IMG/VR virus record: IMGVR_UViG_3300025112_000005
Coordinates: 16,206-80,205 of that record
Source of the DNA: a virus
Length of the DNA stretch: 64,000 nt
Direction: 5' to 3' (one strand)
Below, in pieces: positions 1 through 7,924 of the stretch. A model generated the notes under the pieces. It saw nothing but the letters and a program-made list of their open reading frames with translations. It was not told the origin of the DNA and searched no databases. Position 1 is the first letter of the stretch; each line of letters begins with the position of its first letter. Both the position numbers and the translations under genes were made by a program.

Positions 1-211
1 CGAGCATGTCGGTCAGCGCCAGCACGTCGCGGGCGGCGCGCATCGTCAGCTCCGCGTGCAGCACGCCCAGTTCGGGCTTCTCGTTGCGCAGGGCGCCAGC
101 CATCAGGCTGGCGCGCTGCTGGGGGTGCTCGGCGCCCGTGAGCATCAGCAGCAACTCGGCGCGCGGGCGGCGCGCGAGGCGCCACGTCACCAGGGAATCA
201 AGGGCGCTCAC
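1..211 (-). CDS. Hypothetical protein, truncated by the window edge
   Basis: GTG at 211 overlaps the TGA of the upstream minus-strand gene; reads MSALDSLVTWRLARRPRAELLLML... open to the window start. Confidence 0.55.
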   Translation of the reverse strand, partial: MSALDSLVTWRLARRPRAELLLMLTGAEHPQQRASLMAGALRNEKPELGVLHAELTMRAARDVLALTDML

Positions 212-495
212 TGTGCCCACCCGCTCTCCGCGCGGCGGGTCACGCGGTCGGCGTAGCGGTCGAACGCCTCATCCTCGAAGTATTCGTCCGCGATGACCGC
301 CGCCCACTCTGGGAGGTCGTCGTAGTCGAGCGGGTCCGTCGTGCGCAGGGTCTCGTCGTAGAAGACGATGTGGACGCTGCCGTCCGCGCTCTCCACCACG
401 TCATCGATGCTGGTTGACGCGCGGTCGAGCCCGCCCAGTTGGCGCTCGGCGTCTTCGTTGGCGTCGGGGGTGTCTTCGTGGATCCAATCGCTCAT
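208..495 (-). CDS. Small acidic hypothetical (early) protein
   Basis: ATG at 495 after purine-rich GGAAAGAG; MSDWIHEDTPDANEDAERQLGG...; divergent from the HTH gene. Confidence 0.65.
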   Translation of the reverse strand: MSDWIHEDTPDANEDAERQLGGLDRASTSIDDVVESADGSVHIVFYDETLRTTDPLDYDDLPEWAAVIADEYFEDEAFDRYADRVTRRAESGWAQ

Positions 496-753
496 CGTGC
501 TGCTCTTTCCGGGGCGCCGTTTTGCGACCCACGGAGACCATCCCAGACCTTGACCAAGTAACGCAACCCCTTTTCTCACAGCGGGGATTAGCTTTTAGTA
601 AAAACGCTTGTACCACGGGGGTTTAGGCCCGTATGTTCGGGGTCGATTCCGGTTAAAGCCCGTAGCTCAAAGGGGAAAACCCAAGCCCACGGGCACTAAC
701 CAAGGCCAGCAAGGAACGGGCGCGGGGCGAAAACGCGCTCTCAGGGAGGGACC

Positions 754-1044
754 TTGACGATTCAGCAGTATCTCGACGTGCGCGGCTTGTCTAACGAGCG
801 CCTCGGGAAACAGGTCGGCGCGACGCGGCAGACGGTCGCCCGTTGGCTACGCACGGGGGCGGTAGAGCGGCGGTGGTGGTCGTCCCTGGAAGCGCTCGGC
901 ATCACGCGGTTCGCTCGGCTCTACCGCGTCTCTCTGATCATGCCCGCGGACGTGACGCACGCGGCGACGGGGATGGACCCCGAAGAGGCGCTCCACGTCG
1001 AGGTAGGCGGGTGGGGCCAGCTCGTGTTCGGGGGTCAGTCTTGA
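754..1044 (+). CDS. Cro/XRE-like helix-turn-helix protein
   Basis: LSNERLGKQVGATRQTVARW HTH signature; GGGAGG RBS before TTG. Confidence 0.75.
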   Translation: MTIQQYLDVRGLSNERLGKQVGATRQTVARWLRTGAVERRWWSSLEALGITRFARLYRVSLIMPADVTHAATGMDPEEALHVEVGGWGQLVFGGQS

Positions 1045-3197
1045 TTCTCGGGCAGGTGTGGCCCCAGGCACGTGTGTTGGGGTGGAGCGAAGACGAGCCC
1101 GCGGGCGCAGCATACGAGACGGTGACCACGGACGCGCTCCGACGCATCTACGACACGGACGCGCACTTCGTCCCGTACTGGCTGGAGGGCGCGGCGGCGT
1201 GCCCCCGGCTGCTCAAGGACGTGGCCAAGGACCCCACGTACCCGATCCGGTTGCAGGTGATCCCGCTCGACTGCGAGCCCGAAGGCCACCCCGACGAGCT
1301 GCCCCCGGGCTGGCGCGAGAAGTTCCGCGCCGTCGCCGACGAGCTGGGCTTCGCGTGGTACGACACCCGCGGCGGCGGGCGGATGCTCCTCGCCACGCCG
1401 GATCCCGTCACCATCCAGCAGTTCGAGGTCATCCAGCGGCGCGCGGCGGCAATGGTCGATGCCGCGGGCTCCCGGGTCGACCCCGCAACGCTCGGCCAAT
1501 GGTCCCGCTGCTACCGCCTGCCGTTCGTCAACCGCGGCGGCGAGCCCCAGCGGCTCCGCTCGGGCGGGCTCGACGCCATCCCCCGCATCGAGCTGGACGC
1601 GCTGCCCAGCGCGCTCGGGCTGGAGGGCATGTTCGACGGCATCGCGGACGCGCGGCTGCCCCTGGAAGCGCTGGGCGCACAGGGCGAAGGCCGGCGCAAC
1701 GACTTTCTCGTACGCGTCGCGGGCCAGCTGCGCGGGCGCGGGCTCGGCGGCACGGCGCTGCTGGAGGAGCTGCAAACCCGGAATGAGGCGCAGTGCGATC
1801 CGCCCCTGCCACACCGCGAAGTCGCAGCCATCGCGCGCAGCGCGGAGCGCTGGGAAGCAGGCGCGCGCGCAGAGCCGGAAGCGGTGGCGGACGACCGACC
1901 GCTGGCGCTGGGGGACCACGTCGAGGTTGCACGGCGCCTGCTGGCGGAGCTGCCCGACGACACCGTGGGCGACCGCGGGATGCTCTGGGCATACTCGGCG
2001 GCGCTGGGGCTCTACGAGTCGAGCGATGGCGAGGAGCTGGCGCGGCGCGCGGCGCGGTTCTCCGGCTTCCCCATCCGTGCCGGGGTCGACCGCGACGGCA
2101 ACGACCGATTCACCAACCTGAAGCTGCGGGACAACGACTGCAAGGGCGTCGCAGGGGTCATGCTGCGCGAACACCGGACCCCCGGCTACTTCGACCACGA
2201 GGAGCCCGGGGTGGTCTTCGCCGACGGCTTCGTGGGCCAGGAGGGCACCCTGCGGCCCCACGACGCCGCGCACCGGGCGACGGTAGCCGTTCCCTTCGAG
2301 TTTCAGCCGGGGGCGACGCCTGGGGCCTTCCTGCGCTACCTGGGCGAAGTCTTCGAACCCCTGCCCGACGTGGGCGACATGATCCAGCTCGTGCGGGAGA
2401 TCATCGGCACCTACGCGATGGGCCTCGCCACCCGCTTCCAGCAGGCGTTCATCCTGCTGGGCGGCGGGGCCAACGGGAAGTCCGTGCTGCTGGACGTGGT
2501 GCGCTCGCTCTTCGACCGGAAGACCGTCACAGCCATCAGCCCCCAGGAGTGGGGCGACGAGTACCGGCGCGCTCGGCTGGCGGGGTCCCGGGTCAACCTC
2601 GTGTCGGAGCTGCCCGAAGTCGAGATGATGAGCAGCGAGAAGGTCAAGGGCATCATCAGCGGGGACGTGACCGAGGCGCGTGCGATCTACGGCGCCCCGT
2701 TCGACTTCACCCCGCGCGCGGGCCACCTGTTCAGCGCTAACGCGTTGCCGGGCGTCCGCGACCATTCACACGGCTTCTGGCGCCGCTGGAAGGTGCTACC
2801 GTTCCCCCGCGTCTTCGCGGAGCACGAGCAGGACCGCACGCTGACCCAGCGGCTCATCGAGACCCAGCGCGGGCTCATCATGTCGTGGGCTGTAGAGGCG
2901 GTGCCCGGGGTGCTCGCCCGCGGGGGGTATGTGAAGCCTGGGAGCTGTGATCGCATCACCCGTGACTGGCGAAGCCGGGCAGATCAGGTCGCCTGCTTCA
3001 TGGACGAAGACGACGCCGTGGCGGGTGAATCATGGCGCATCGGCGCTAGCCAGCTCTACAACCGATACGTGGAATGGGCCAAGCTGAACGGCTACCGAAA
3101 CCAGCTCTCCGGTAGGGTGTTCGGGGAGCGCGTCAAGACGATCCCAGGCGTGGGGACCAACAAGGTCAAAGGCGTGCGTTGGTATTTTGCGGTGTAA
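1041..3197 (+). CDS. Primase-polymerase / PriCT / D5-like SF3 helicase (P4-type phage primase-helicase)
   Basis: Likely TTG start overlapping the upstream TGA; PriCT motif EGRRNDFL...CDPPLPHREVAAIARS; Walker A GGGANGKS; SF3 features (VSELP, FSANALP, GFWRRW); C-terminal winged-helix-like region. Confidence 0.9.
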   Translation: MILGQVWPQARVLGWSEDEPAGAAYETVTTDALRRIYDTDAHFVPYWLEGAAACPRLLKDVAKDPTYPIRLQVIPLDCEPEGHPDELPPGWREKFRAVADELGFAWYDTRGGGRMLLATPDPVTIQQFEVIQRRAAAMVDAAGSRVDPATLGQWSRCYRLPFVNRGGEPQRLRSGGLDAIPRIELDALPSALGLEGMFDGIADARLPLEALGAQGEGRRNDFLVRVAGQLRGRGLGGTALLEELQTRNEAQCDPPLPHREVAAIARSAERWEAGARAEPEAVADDRPLALGDHVEVARRLLAELPDDTVGDRGMLWAYSAALGLYESSDGEELARRAARFSGFPIRAGVDRDGNDRFTNLKLRDNDCKGVAGVMLREHRTPGYFDHEEPGVVFADGFVGQEGTLRPHDAAHRATVAVPFEFQPGATPGAFLRYLGEVFEPLPDVGDMIQLVREIIGTYAMGLATRFQQAFILLGGGANGKSVLLDVVRSLFDRKTVTAISPQEWGDEYRRARLAGSRVNLVSELPEVEMMSSEKVKGIISGDVTEARAIYGAPFDFTPRAGHLFSANALPGVRDHSHGFWRRWKVLPFPRVFAEHEQDRTLTQRLIETQRGLIMSWAVEAVPGVLARGGYVKPGSCDRITRDWRSRADQVACFMDEDDAVAGESWRIGASQLYNRYVEWAKLNGYRNQLSGRVFGERVKTIPGVGTNKVKGVRWYFAV

Positions 3198-3250
3198 TCA
3201 ATTGCTCTAGGGAGGGAAGTACACCGGCCATGTTAGAAATGTGCGTAATC

Positions 3251-3512
3251 GGGGTAGCGGGTGGTAGCGGTTGGGTAGCGGGTAAAGCACTTTACCCGCT
3301 ACCCACTTTCTCCAATCACCGCGGGGCTTTACAGAAAAGCTGGCGGAAGTAGCGGTTGAGGCTCTGGGAGTCTATATACGCATATGTATAGGGACTCCCA
3401 AGCGTTTTCCCGCTACTACCGCTACCCTTGTGCTATACTGCCGGAAACATGGGGTTTTTGGGACGTTTTCAGGACACCCACCCGCTACCTAGCGGGGGTT
3501 CACCCGCTACCA
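3251..3512. promoter_or_regulatory. Putative replication origin: GGTAGCGG/CCGCTACC iterons, palindromes and an AT-rich patch
   Basis: About 9 copies of (G)GTAGCGG in both orientations; 15-bp inverted repeat at 3273-3304; second palindrome around TATATACGCATATGTATA at 3365-3400; directly downstream of the primase-helicase. Confidence 0.7.
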
Positions 3513-3526
3513 GGGAGGTTAAAGCC

Positions 3527-3979
3527 GTGAAAGCCACGCAACGCGCCGTTTTGGCGAATTTGGCGAATTCTTGCGCTGGGGCGCTCTTTGACAAGGGGCG
3601 CGCTGCGCTCTTGTGGCGTGATGCGGAGGGGTTCCTTAACTCAGCGCGGATCGTCCCCTGCGGCTTCGGCGCGGTGCGCCTGACGGTCAACTACTGGACC
3701 CCGGCGCTGTCGTGTCGGCGGTTGGGCGCGTTGGGGTTCGACGTGGACGATCAACACTTGTTGGCAGCGTCGGGTGATCTGGCAAGACACAGTGACCCCC
3801 GGCTGAAGCTGGAGCTATCCATGCAGCCCGCGGAGGTCCCCCAGCTCGTGCCCGGGTGGTTCTGGGCGTGGGTGGAGGCGCGGTGTGACCGGGGCGAGAT
3901 GCCCCCGCCCCCATTCCCGGTGACTGCGGACCTGTCCGAAAGCTACGTCTGGTCAACGGCGGCGGATTCTTCGTGCTGA
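3527..3979 (+). CDS. Hypothetical protein
   Basis: GGGAGG RBS then GTG at 3527; stop overlaps the next gene. Confidence 0.55.
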   Translation: MKATQRAVLANLANSCAGALFDKGRAALLWRDAEGFLNSARIVPCGFGAVRLTVNYWTPALSCRRLGALGFDVDDQHLLAASGDLARHSDPRLKLELSMQPAEVPQLVPGWFWAWVEARCDRGEMPPPPFPVTADLSESYVWSTAADSSC

Positions 3980-4440
3980 GCGAGCACTCAGAGCAGAGCG
4001 AGCTGGTGCGGCGAGCGCGCAGGGCGGGGTTGCTGATCGCGTCGGTGCCCAACGGGGCATCGTTGGCAGGCAACAAGCGCGACCGTGCGCGGCAGATGGC
4101 GAAGCTGAAGCGGGAGGGGTTAGCCATCGGCGTGCCCGACCTGCTGGTGTTCAGCCAGCCGACGGATCTGGACGTGGCGAGCGACTTCGAGCAGGAGCTG
4201 GTCGAGGCGCTGCGGGCGCTGTCGCCGGAGGCACGGGCACGCGTGGCGGCGCTGGCCGGAGTCGGCCCCGGCGCGGGGCTGGAGATGAAGCGGAGCGACG
4301 GCGGCAAGGACCCCGATGGCTCGCCAGCACAGCAGCGCTGGGGCGGGTGGTTGGCGGGACGCGGCTGGCGCTGGGGCGTGGCGCACGGGTGGCGGCAGGG
4401 GCTTGACCAATTACGGGCGTGGGGCTACAGTGTCCGGTGA
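3973..4440 (+). CDS. VRR-NUC family nuclease
   Basis: SEHSEQ...SVPNG...LKREGLAIGVPDL...LEMKR...SPAQQRW motif set. Confidence 0.85.
   Translation: MLSEHSEQSELVRRARRAGLLIASVPNGASLAGNKRDRARQMAKLKREGLAIGVPDLLVFSQPTDLDVASDFEQELVEALRALSPEARARVAALAGVGPGAGLEMKRSDGGKDPDGSPAQQRWGGWLAGRGWRWGVAHGWRQGLDQLRAWGYSVR
4403..4431 (+). promoter_or_regulatory. Putative sigma70-type promoter
   Basis: TTGACC-17 nt-TACAGT just upstream of the ATG at 4441. Confidence 0.45.
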
Positions 4441-4596
4441 ATGACCAAGTACGAACGAGCCCGGGAAGCCTACGAGCGGTGGTGTGCTGCGAGCGTGCAG
4501 CCCGACCACTCCCGGGCGTGGTACGTGTTGAGCGACGATGAAAAACGGCGCTGGTACGCCGTGGTGGGAGAAGAATGGTGCTTGAAGGCGAGATGA
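4441..4596 (+). CDS. Small hypothetical protein (51 aa)
   Basis: MTKYERAREAYERWCAAS...WCLKAR; follows the VRR-NUC stop; ATGA overlap with the next mini-ORF. Confidence 0.5.
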   Translation: MTKYERAREAYERWCAASVQPDHSRAWYVLSDDEKRRWYAVVGEEWCLKAR

Positions 4597-4684
4597 CGAC
4601 CCTGGAGCAGCGGGTGTTTGCGGCGGCGTTTGCCGCGTCCCACGTGGCGCATTCGCACGGGATGGTCACGAAGCCCGTGGAGCG

Positions 4685-5113
4685 GTGATCATCGCGTTCC
4701 TACTCGCCCAGATCTTCGCCCCGTGCTCTCCAGCGGTCGCAAGACTGCGGGCGGAGCACGTGCGCGGCGCGGAGCTGGTGAGCCGGACGGTGGTCTGCGT
4801 GGACGTGGTGCTGGCGGCGCGTGCCCGCGGGGTCGACCCCCGGCTGGCTGTGTCGGTGGCGTGGCACGAGTCGCGAATGGCGCCCAACGACGAAAGCAGC
4901 GCGGGGGCGGTCGGCCCGATGCAGGTTGTGCCGCGCTGGTGGTGTCCAGAAGGCCGCCGAGCGGGCTGCGACGTGGTGGATGCCGGGATGGAGGCGTTGG
5001 CGACCTACACGGGGCGCTACGGGCTCCGCGAGGGGCTGGCGCGCTACAATGCCGGCAACGACCCCGGGCCACGTGCCTGGGAGTACGCGGACGGGGTGCT
5101 GGAGTGGCTGTGA
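4685..5113 (+). CDS. Lytic transglycosylase (SLT family) with a hydrophobic N-terminus
   Basis: AWHESR, SSAGAVGPMQV and LARYNAG motifs. Confidence 0.88.
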   Translation: MIIAFLLAQIFAPCSPAVARLRAEHVRGAELVSRTVVCVDVVLAARARGVDPRLAVSVAWHESRMAPNDESSAGAVGPMQVVPRWWCPEGRRAGCDVVDAGMEALATYTGRYGLREGLARYNAGNDPGPRAWEYADGVLEWL

Positions 5114-5919
5114 GGCGGGAAGACCGAGGCTGGCCCCCCGTCGGTGGCGTGTGGCACCGAGGCACGCAGCAACGCGAGGTGCTGGAGCACGACTGCGGCG
5201 GTGGCCGCGTGCGCTACAAGAGCCTGCACCGGACACGTTGGTGCAAGCTGGGCACGTGGTGGAAATGGGCCGAGAAAGCGGTCGTGGGCGAGGTGCCTCT
5301 GGCACCTGATGAGCCCGTGTTGCTGCGGGACTTGGGGCATGAGCACCGGGGCTTGAGCGGCATCCTTGCGCCCCCCAAACCTCCAGGCCATCCAGGCGTT
5401 GCGCGTCTGGATGGGGCGGCGTTCGACCGTTGGCGGTCCGTGGTTGGTGAGTGCCTTGTGCGTGGCGTGCCCGTTGCGGAAGTGGCGGCGGCGACGGGGC
5501 TCACGGTGGCGCAGGTCGTCAAGGCCACCAAGGCGCTACGGAAGGCGTTCACGGCGCTGGGGCACGGCGCGCTGGCGCTGCGGCGTGAGGCGCTGTGGTG
5601 GGACGCGGTGCGGCTGGAGGCCACGCTCACGGACCACTTGCTGGCGTGCGTGCCCGGCGAGACGGACGCGCGCGAGGTCGCGGCGCTGGCGAAGGCACTG
5701 CTGGAGGCGCAGAAGCACCGGGCCACGCTCTGCGGGGCGACGGACGCGCCGACGACCCAGGTCAACGTCAACGTGGGCGTGGTCGACCCCGTGCAGATCG
5801 CCGTGCAACGGTTCGGGCTCGACCCCGATCAGCTCGGAGCGCTGGGGGACGGGCTGGCTGGCCAGCTCACAGACCGGGCGCGGGTGGTGCTGGAAGCTGA
5901 TTTCGAGGAGGCGGGGTGA
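5110..5919 (+). CDS. Probable terminase small subunit / HTH DNA-packaging protein (start uncertain, 5110 or 5293)
   Basis: HTH (GVPVAEVAAATGLT), helical core, then the beta-strand TTQVNVNVGV typical of TerS C-termini. Confidence 0.5.
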   Translation: MRREDRGWPPVGGVWHRGTQQREVLEHDCGGGRVRYKSLHRTRWCKLGTWWKWAEKAVVGEVPLAPDEPVLLRDLGHEHRGLSGILAPPKPPGHPGVARLDGAAFDRWRSVVGECLVRGVPVAEVAAATGLTVAQVVKATKALRKAFTALGHGALALRREALWWDAVRLEATLTDHLLACVPGETDAREVAALAKALLEAQKHRATLCGATDAPTTQVNVNVGVVDPVQIAVQRFGLDPDQLGALGDGLAGQLTDRARVVLEADFEEAG

Positions 5920-6128
5920 TGGGGGACGTAGAGGAGCGCGCGGAGTGCAACGGGTGCGGCGCGGACCTGACCTTCTGCATCTGCATCTTGGCTTCTTCCA
6001 TCGCCTTGGTGTGCGACAACTGCGCCCGCTGCTGGTGCGATGAAGAAGGGTGCCGGGAGGCGTCGGGGCTGGCGGACGGGGACGTGGTGTGCTCGCCGTG
6101 CTTCGATGAGGCGATGGGGAAAGGCTGA
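5916..6128 (+). CDS. Small Cys-rich (zinc-finger-like) protein
   Basis: CNGC...CDNC..CWC...C...CSPC; GTGA overlap with the upstream gene. Confidence 0.65.
   Translation: MMGDVEERAECNGCGADLTFCICILASSIALVCDNCARCWCDEEGCREASGLADGDVVCSPCFDEAMGKG
5971..6008. repeat. 38-nt inverted repeat, copy 1 (partner at 11821-11858)
   Basis: Reverse complement matches 11821-11858 at 37/38 positions. Confidence 0.95.
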
Positions 6129-6173
6129 TGTTTCGGATCAACCGATCGGCGCTGAGGGAAGGGGGCGTGAGAA

Positions 6174-6500
6174 GTGAGCACCATGTCCACGAAGCTGCGC
6201 AGTGAGCGTGCGCGTGCTGAAGGCCGCGCGCGGGAGCTGGACCGGCTGAAGTCGCTTACGGGCGTGTCACGGTGGGACCAGATACATGGGCGCGTCGCGG
6301 AGCTGTTGGCGCCCGCGGTCGAGGTACTGCCCGACGGTGCGCGGTTCACGGGGGCCGATGGCGAGGAGTGGCGTATTCGGTGGTGCGCTGAGCACGGCGA
6401 CTTGAGCTTGCGGGGTGGCATGAAGGTGAGCGCGACGCGACGCGGTGAGCCCGTGTCGTTGTCGGGGGCGTTGTATATGTGGACGCGGGTGGTGAACTGA
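6174..6500 (+). CDS. Hypothetical protein
   Basis: ORF in the co-directional cluster with an RBS-like purine tract. Confidence 0.6.
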   Translation: MSTMSTKLRSERARAEGRARELDRLKSLTGVSRWDQIHGRVAELLAPAVEVLPDGARFTGADGEEWRIRWCAEHGDLSLRGGMKVSATRRGEPVSLSGALYMWTRVVN

Positions 6501-6522
6501 GTGGACGCGGGTGGTGAACTGA
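6479..6522 (+). repeat. 22-bp perfect tandem duplication at a gene junction
   Basis: GTGGACGCGGGTGGTGAACTGA twice (6479-6500, 6501-6522). Confidence 0.95.
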
Positions 6523-6734
6523 GCAGCAGGCGAATGGCGGTGGCGCGTGGCGCGGTGCACTTGACGCGGCCCGAGGGCGGGGCGCCGTCGGGGTATTGCG
6601 GCGCGGGCGAGGGCATGTGGACCGACGACCCGCACGAGTGCACGTGCGACGGGTGTCTCTGGTTGTGGTCGAGCAAGAACCCCCCGCAAGAGGTGGCGAG
6701 AGGGCAGCGCGAAGGTGGCGAAGAGGCGGGGTAA
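6501..6734 (+). CDS. Small Cys/His hypothetical protein
   Basis: VHL...YCG...CTCDGC pattern, possible zinc binding. Confidence 0.55.
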   Translation: MDAGGELSSRRMAVARGAVHLTRPEGGAPSGYCGAGEGMWTDDPHECTCDGCLWLWSSKNPPQEVARGQREGGEEAG

Positions 6735-6907
6735 ACGCCCCGGGCGAACGGGCTGCCCTGAGTGCCGGACGGGTGTGCTGTGCGACGACGCACGGCGGAT
6801 GTTGCGCGAGCTGGTCGTAGAGGAGGCGGCGCTGGTCGAGCGGGGTCTGATGACGCCGTTTCGAGCGGGCCGGATCCCTGCGCGCCTGGAAGCGCTGGAG
6901 GGCGACG

Positions 6908-7348
6908 ATGCTGCGCGACTTGCTGACGATCTACACGACCCCGAACCCAGCGCTGGCGTCGGATCTGGCGCTGGAGCTGGTGGCGCGGTGGGAGGACTCG
7001 CTCGCGGGGCGGGTGCTGTGGCGCCTCTTGCACCCGGCGTTTCCGTCCGACGAACCAGACCCACGCGCCGTCGACCTGTTCGGGTGGGACCTGGGGACGA
7101 TGTGCCGTGATCCGTGGGCACGGTACTCGATGCGGTTGCACGACGCGGCGCACGTGGCGCTGGGGTACGCACCGACGCCGGAGGGCGAGGCGGAGCTGGC
7201 CGCGTATCTGCTGGCCAATGGCGTGTTTGACCCCGCTTACCTGGGCGTTCTCCCGTACGCTGTTCAGCACGGCGTGAGCCCGCGGCGAATGCTGCGCGCG
7301 GCGCGGCGCGGTTGGCGTGAGCCTAGTGTGATCGGGCGGGTGCTGTAG
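6908..7348 (+). CDS. Hypothetical protein
   Basis: GGAGGG RBS before ATG; GC3-rich codon pattern. Confidence 0.6.
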   Translation: MLRDLLTIYTTPNPALASDLALELVARWEDSLAGRVLWRLLHPAFPSDEPDPRAVDLFGWDLGTMCRDPWARYSMRLHDAAHVALGYAPTPEGEAELAAYLLANGVFDPAYLGVLPYAVQHGVSPRRMLRAARRGWREPSVIGRVL

Positions 7349-7351
7349 GAC

Positions 7352-7897
7352 TTGATCTACTTGCTGGAGTACCTGCTGGCGGGGCGCGTGGTCCGGCTGG
7401 GGAGGTTGGGCGTGTTCCGGTTCCAAGGAGGCCAGCTCCAGCGGCGTGCGCTGATTCTTAACCCGGACGCCGCGGGCGTGTGGGTCTCTGCGGAGACGCT
7501 CCCGATGGTGGCGTTCCTTCGAGCGCTGGAGACGCGGCGCCAGCCCGGGGGCGAGCCCGAGCAGCGCAGGCGGCGGGTGATCGTGGAGACGCCGTACAGG
7601 GGCGATGTGGCGCGGAACATGCGTTATCTGCGAGACGCGCAGCGTGATTGTATCGGGCGTGGAGAAGCCCCGTTTGCGAGCCACCGGATGTACACCGACG
7701 CGCTGGACGACGACGACCCCGTGGAACGCGACCTGGGCGTGGCGCTGGGGTTCGAGTGGGGGCTGGTGGCCCACGCCACGGTCGCGTACACGGACCTGGG
7801 CATCAGCACGGGCATGGGCTTGGGTATCGCGCACGCGAGGATGGCGGGGCGACCCGTGGAACTGCGTTCCTTGCCGGGCTGGGCGAGTGACGCGTAA
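7352..7897 (+). CDS. Phage protein with a C-terminal nucleoside-deoxyribosyltransferase-like (DUF4406/DUF7768-type) domain
   Basis: VIVETPYRGD...GEAPFASHRMY...DDDDPVERDLG...YTDLGISTGM motif. Confidence 0.7.
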   Translation: MIYLLEYLLAGRVVRLGRLGVFRFQGGQLQRRALILNPDAAGVWVSAETLPMVAFLRALETRRQPGGEPEQRRRRVIVETPYRGDVARNMRYLRDAQRDCIGRGEAPFASHRMYTDALDDDDPVERDLGVALGFEWGLVAHATVAYTDLGISTGMGLGIAHARMAGRPVELRSLPGWASDA

Positions 7898-7924
7898 CCT
7901 GGGTCGAATCGGCGGAGGACCAGC

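Noticed and set aside
655-730. tRNA starting GCCCGTAGCTCAA
   Set aside because: No downstream T-loop or cloverleaf; folds as a single hairpin
843-1040. Extended N-terminus of the primase ORF (and similar extensions of the TerL, 34459, 38769 and 59225 ORFs)
   Set aside because: They overlap real upstream genes; stop/start overlaps give better starts
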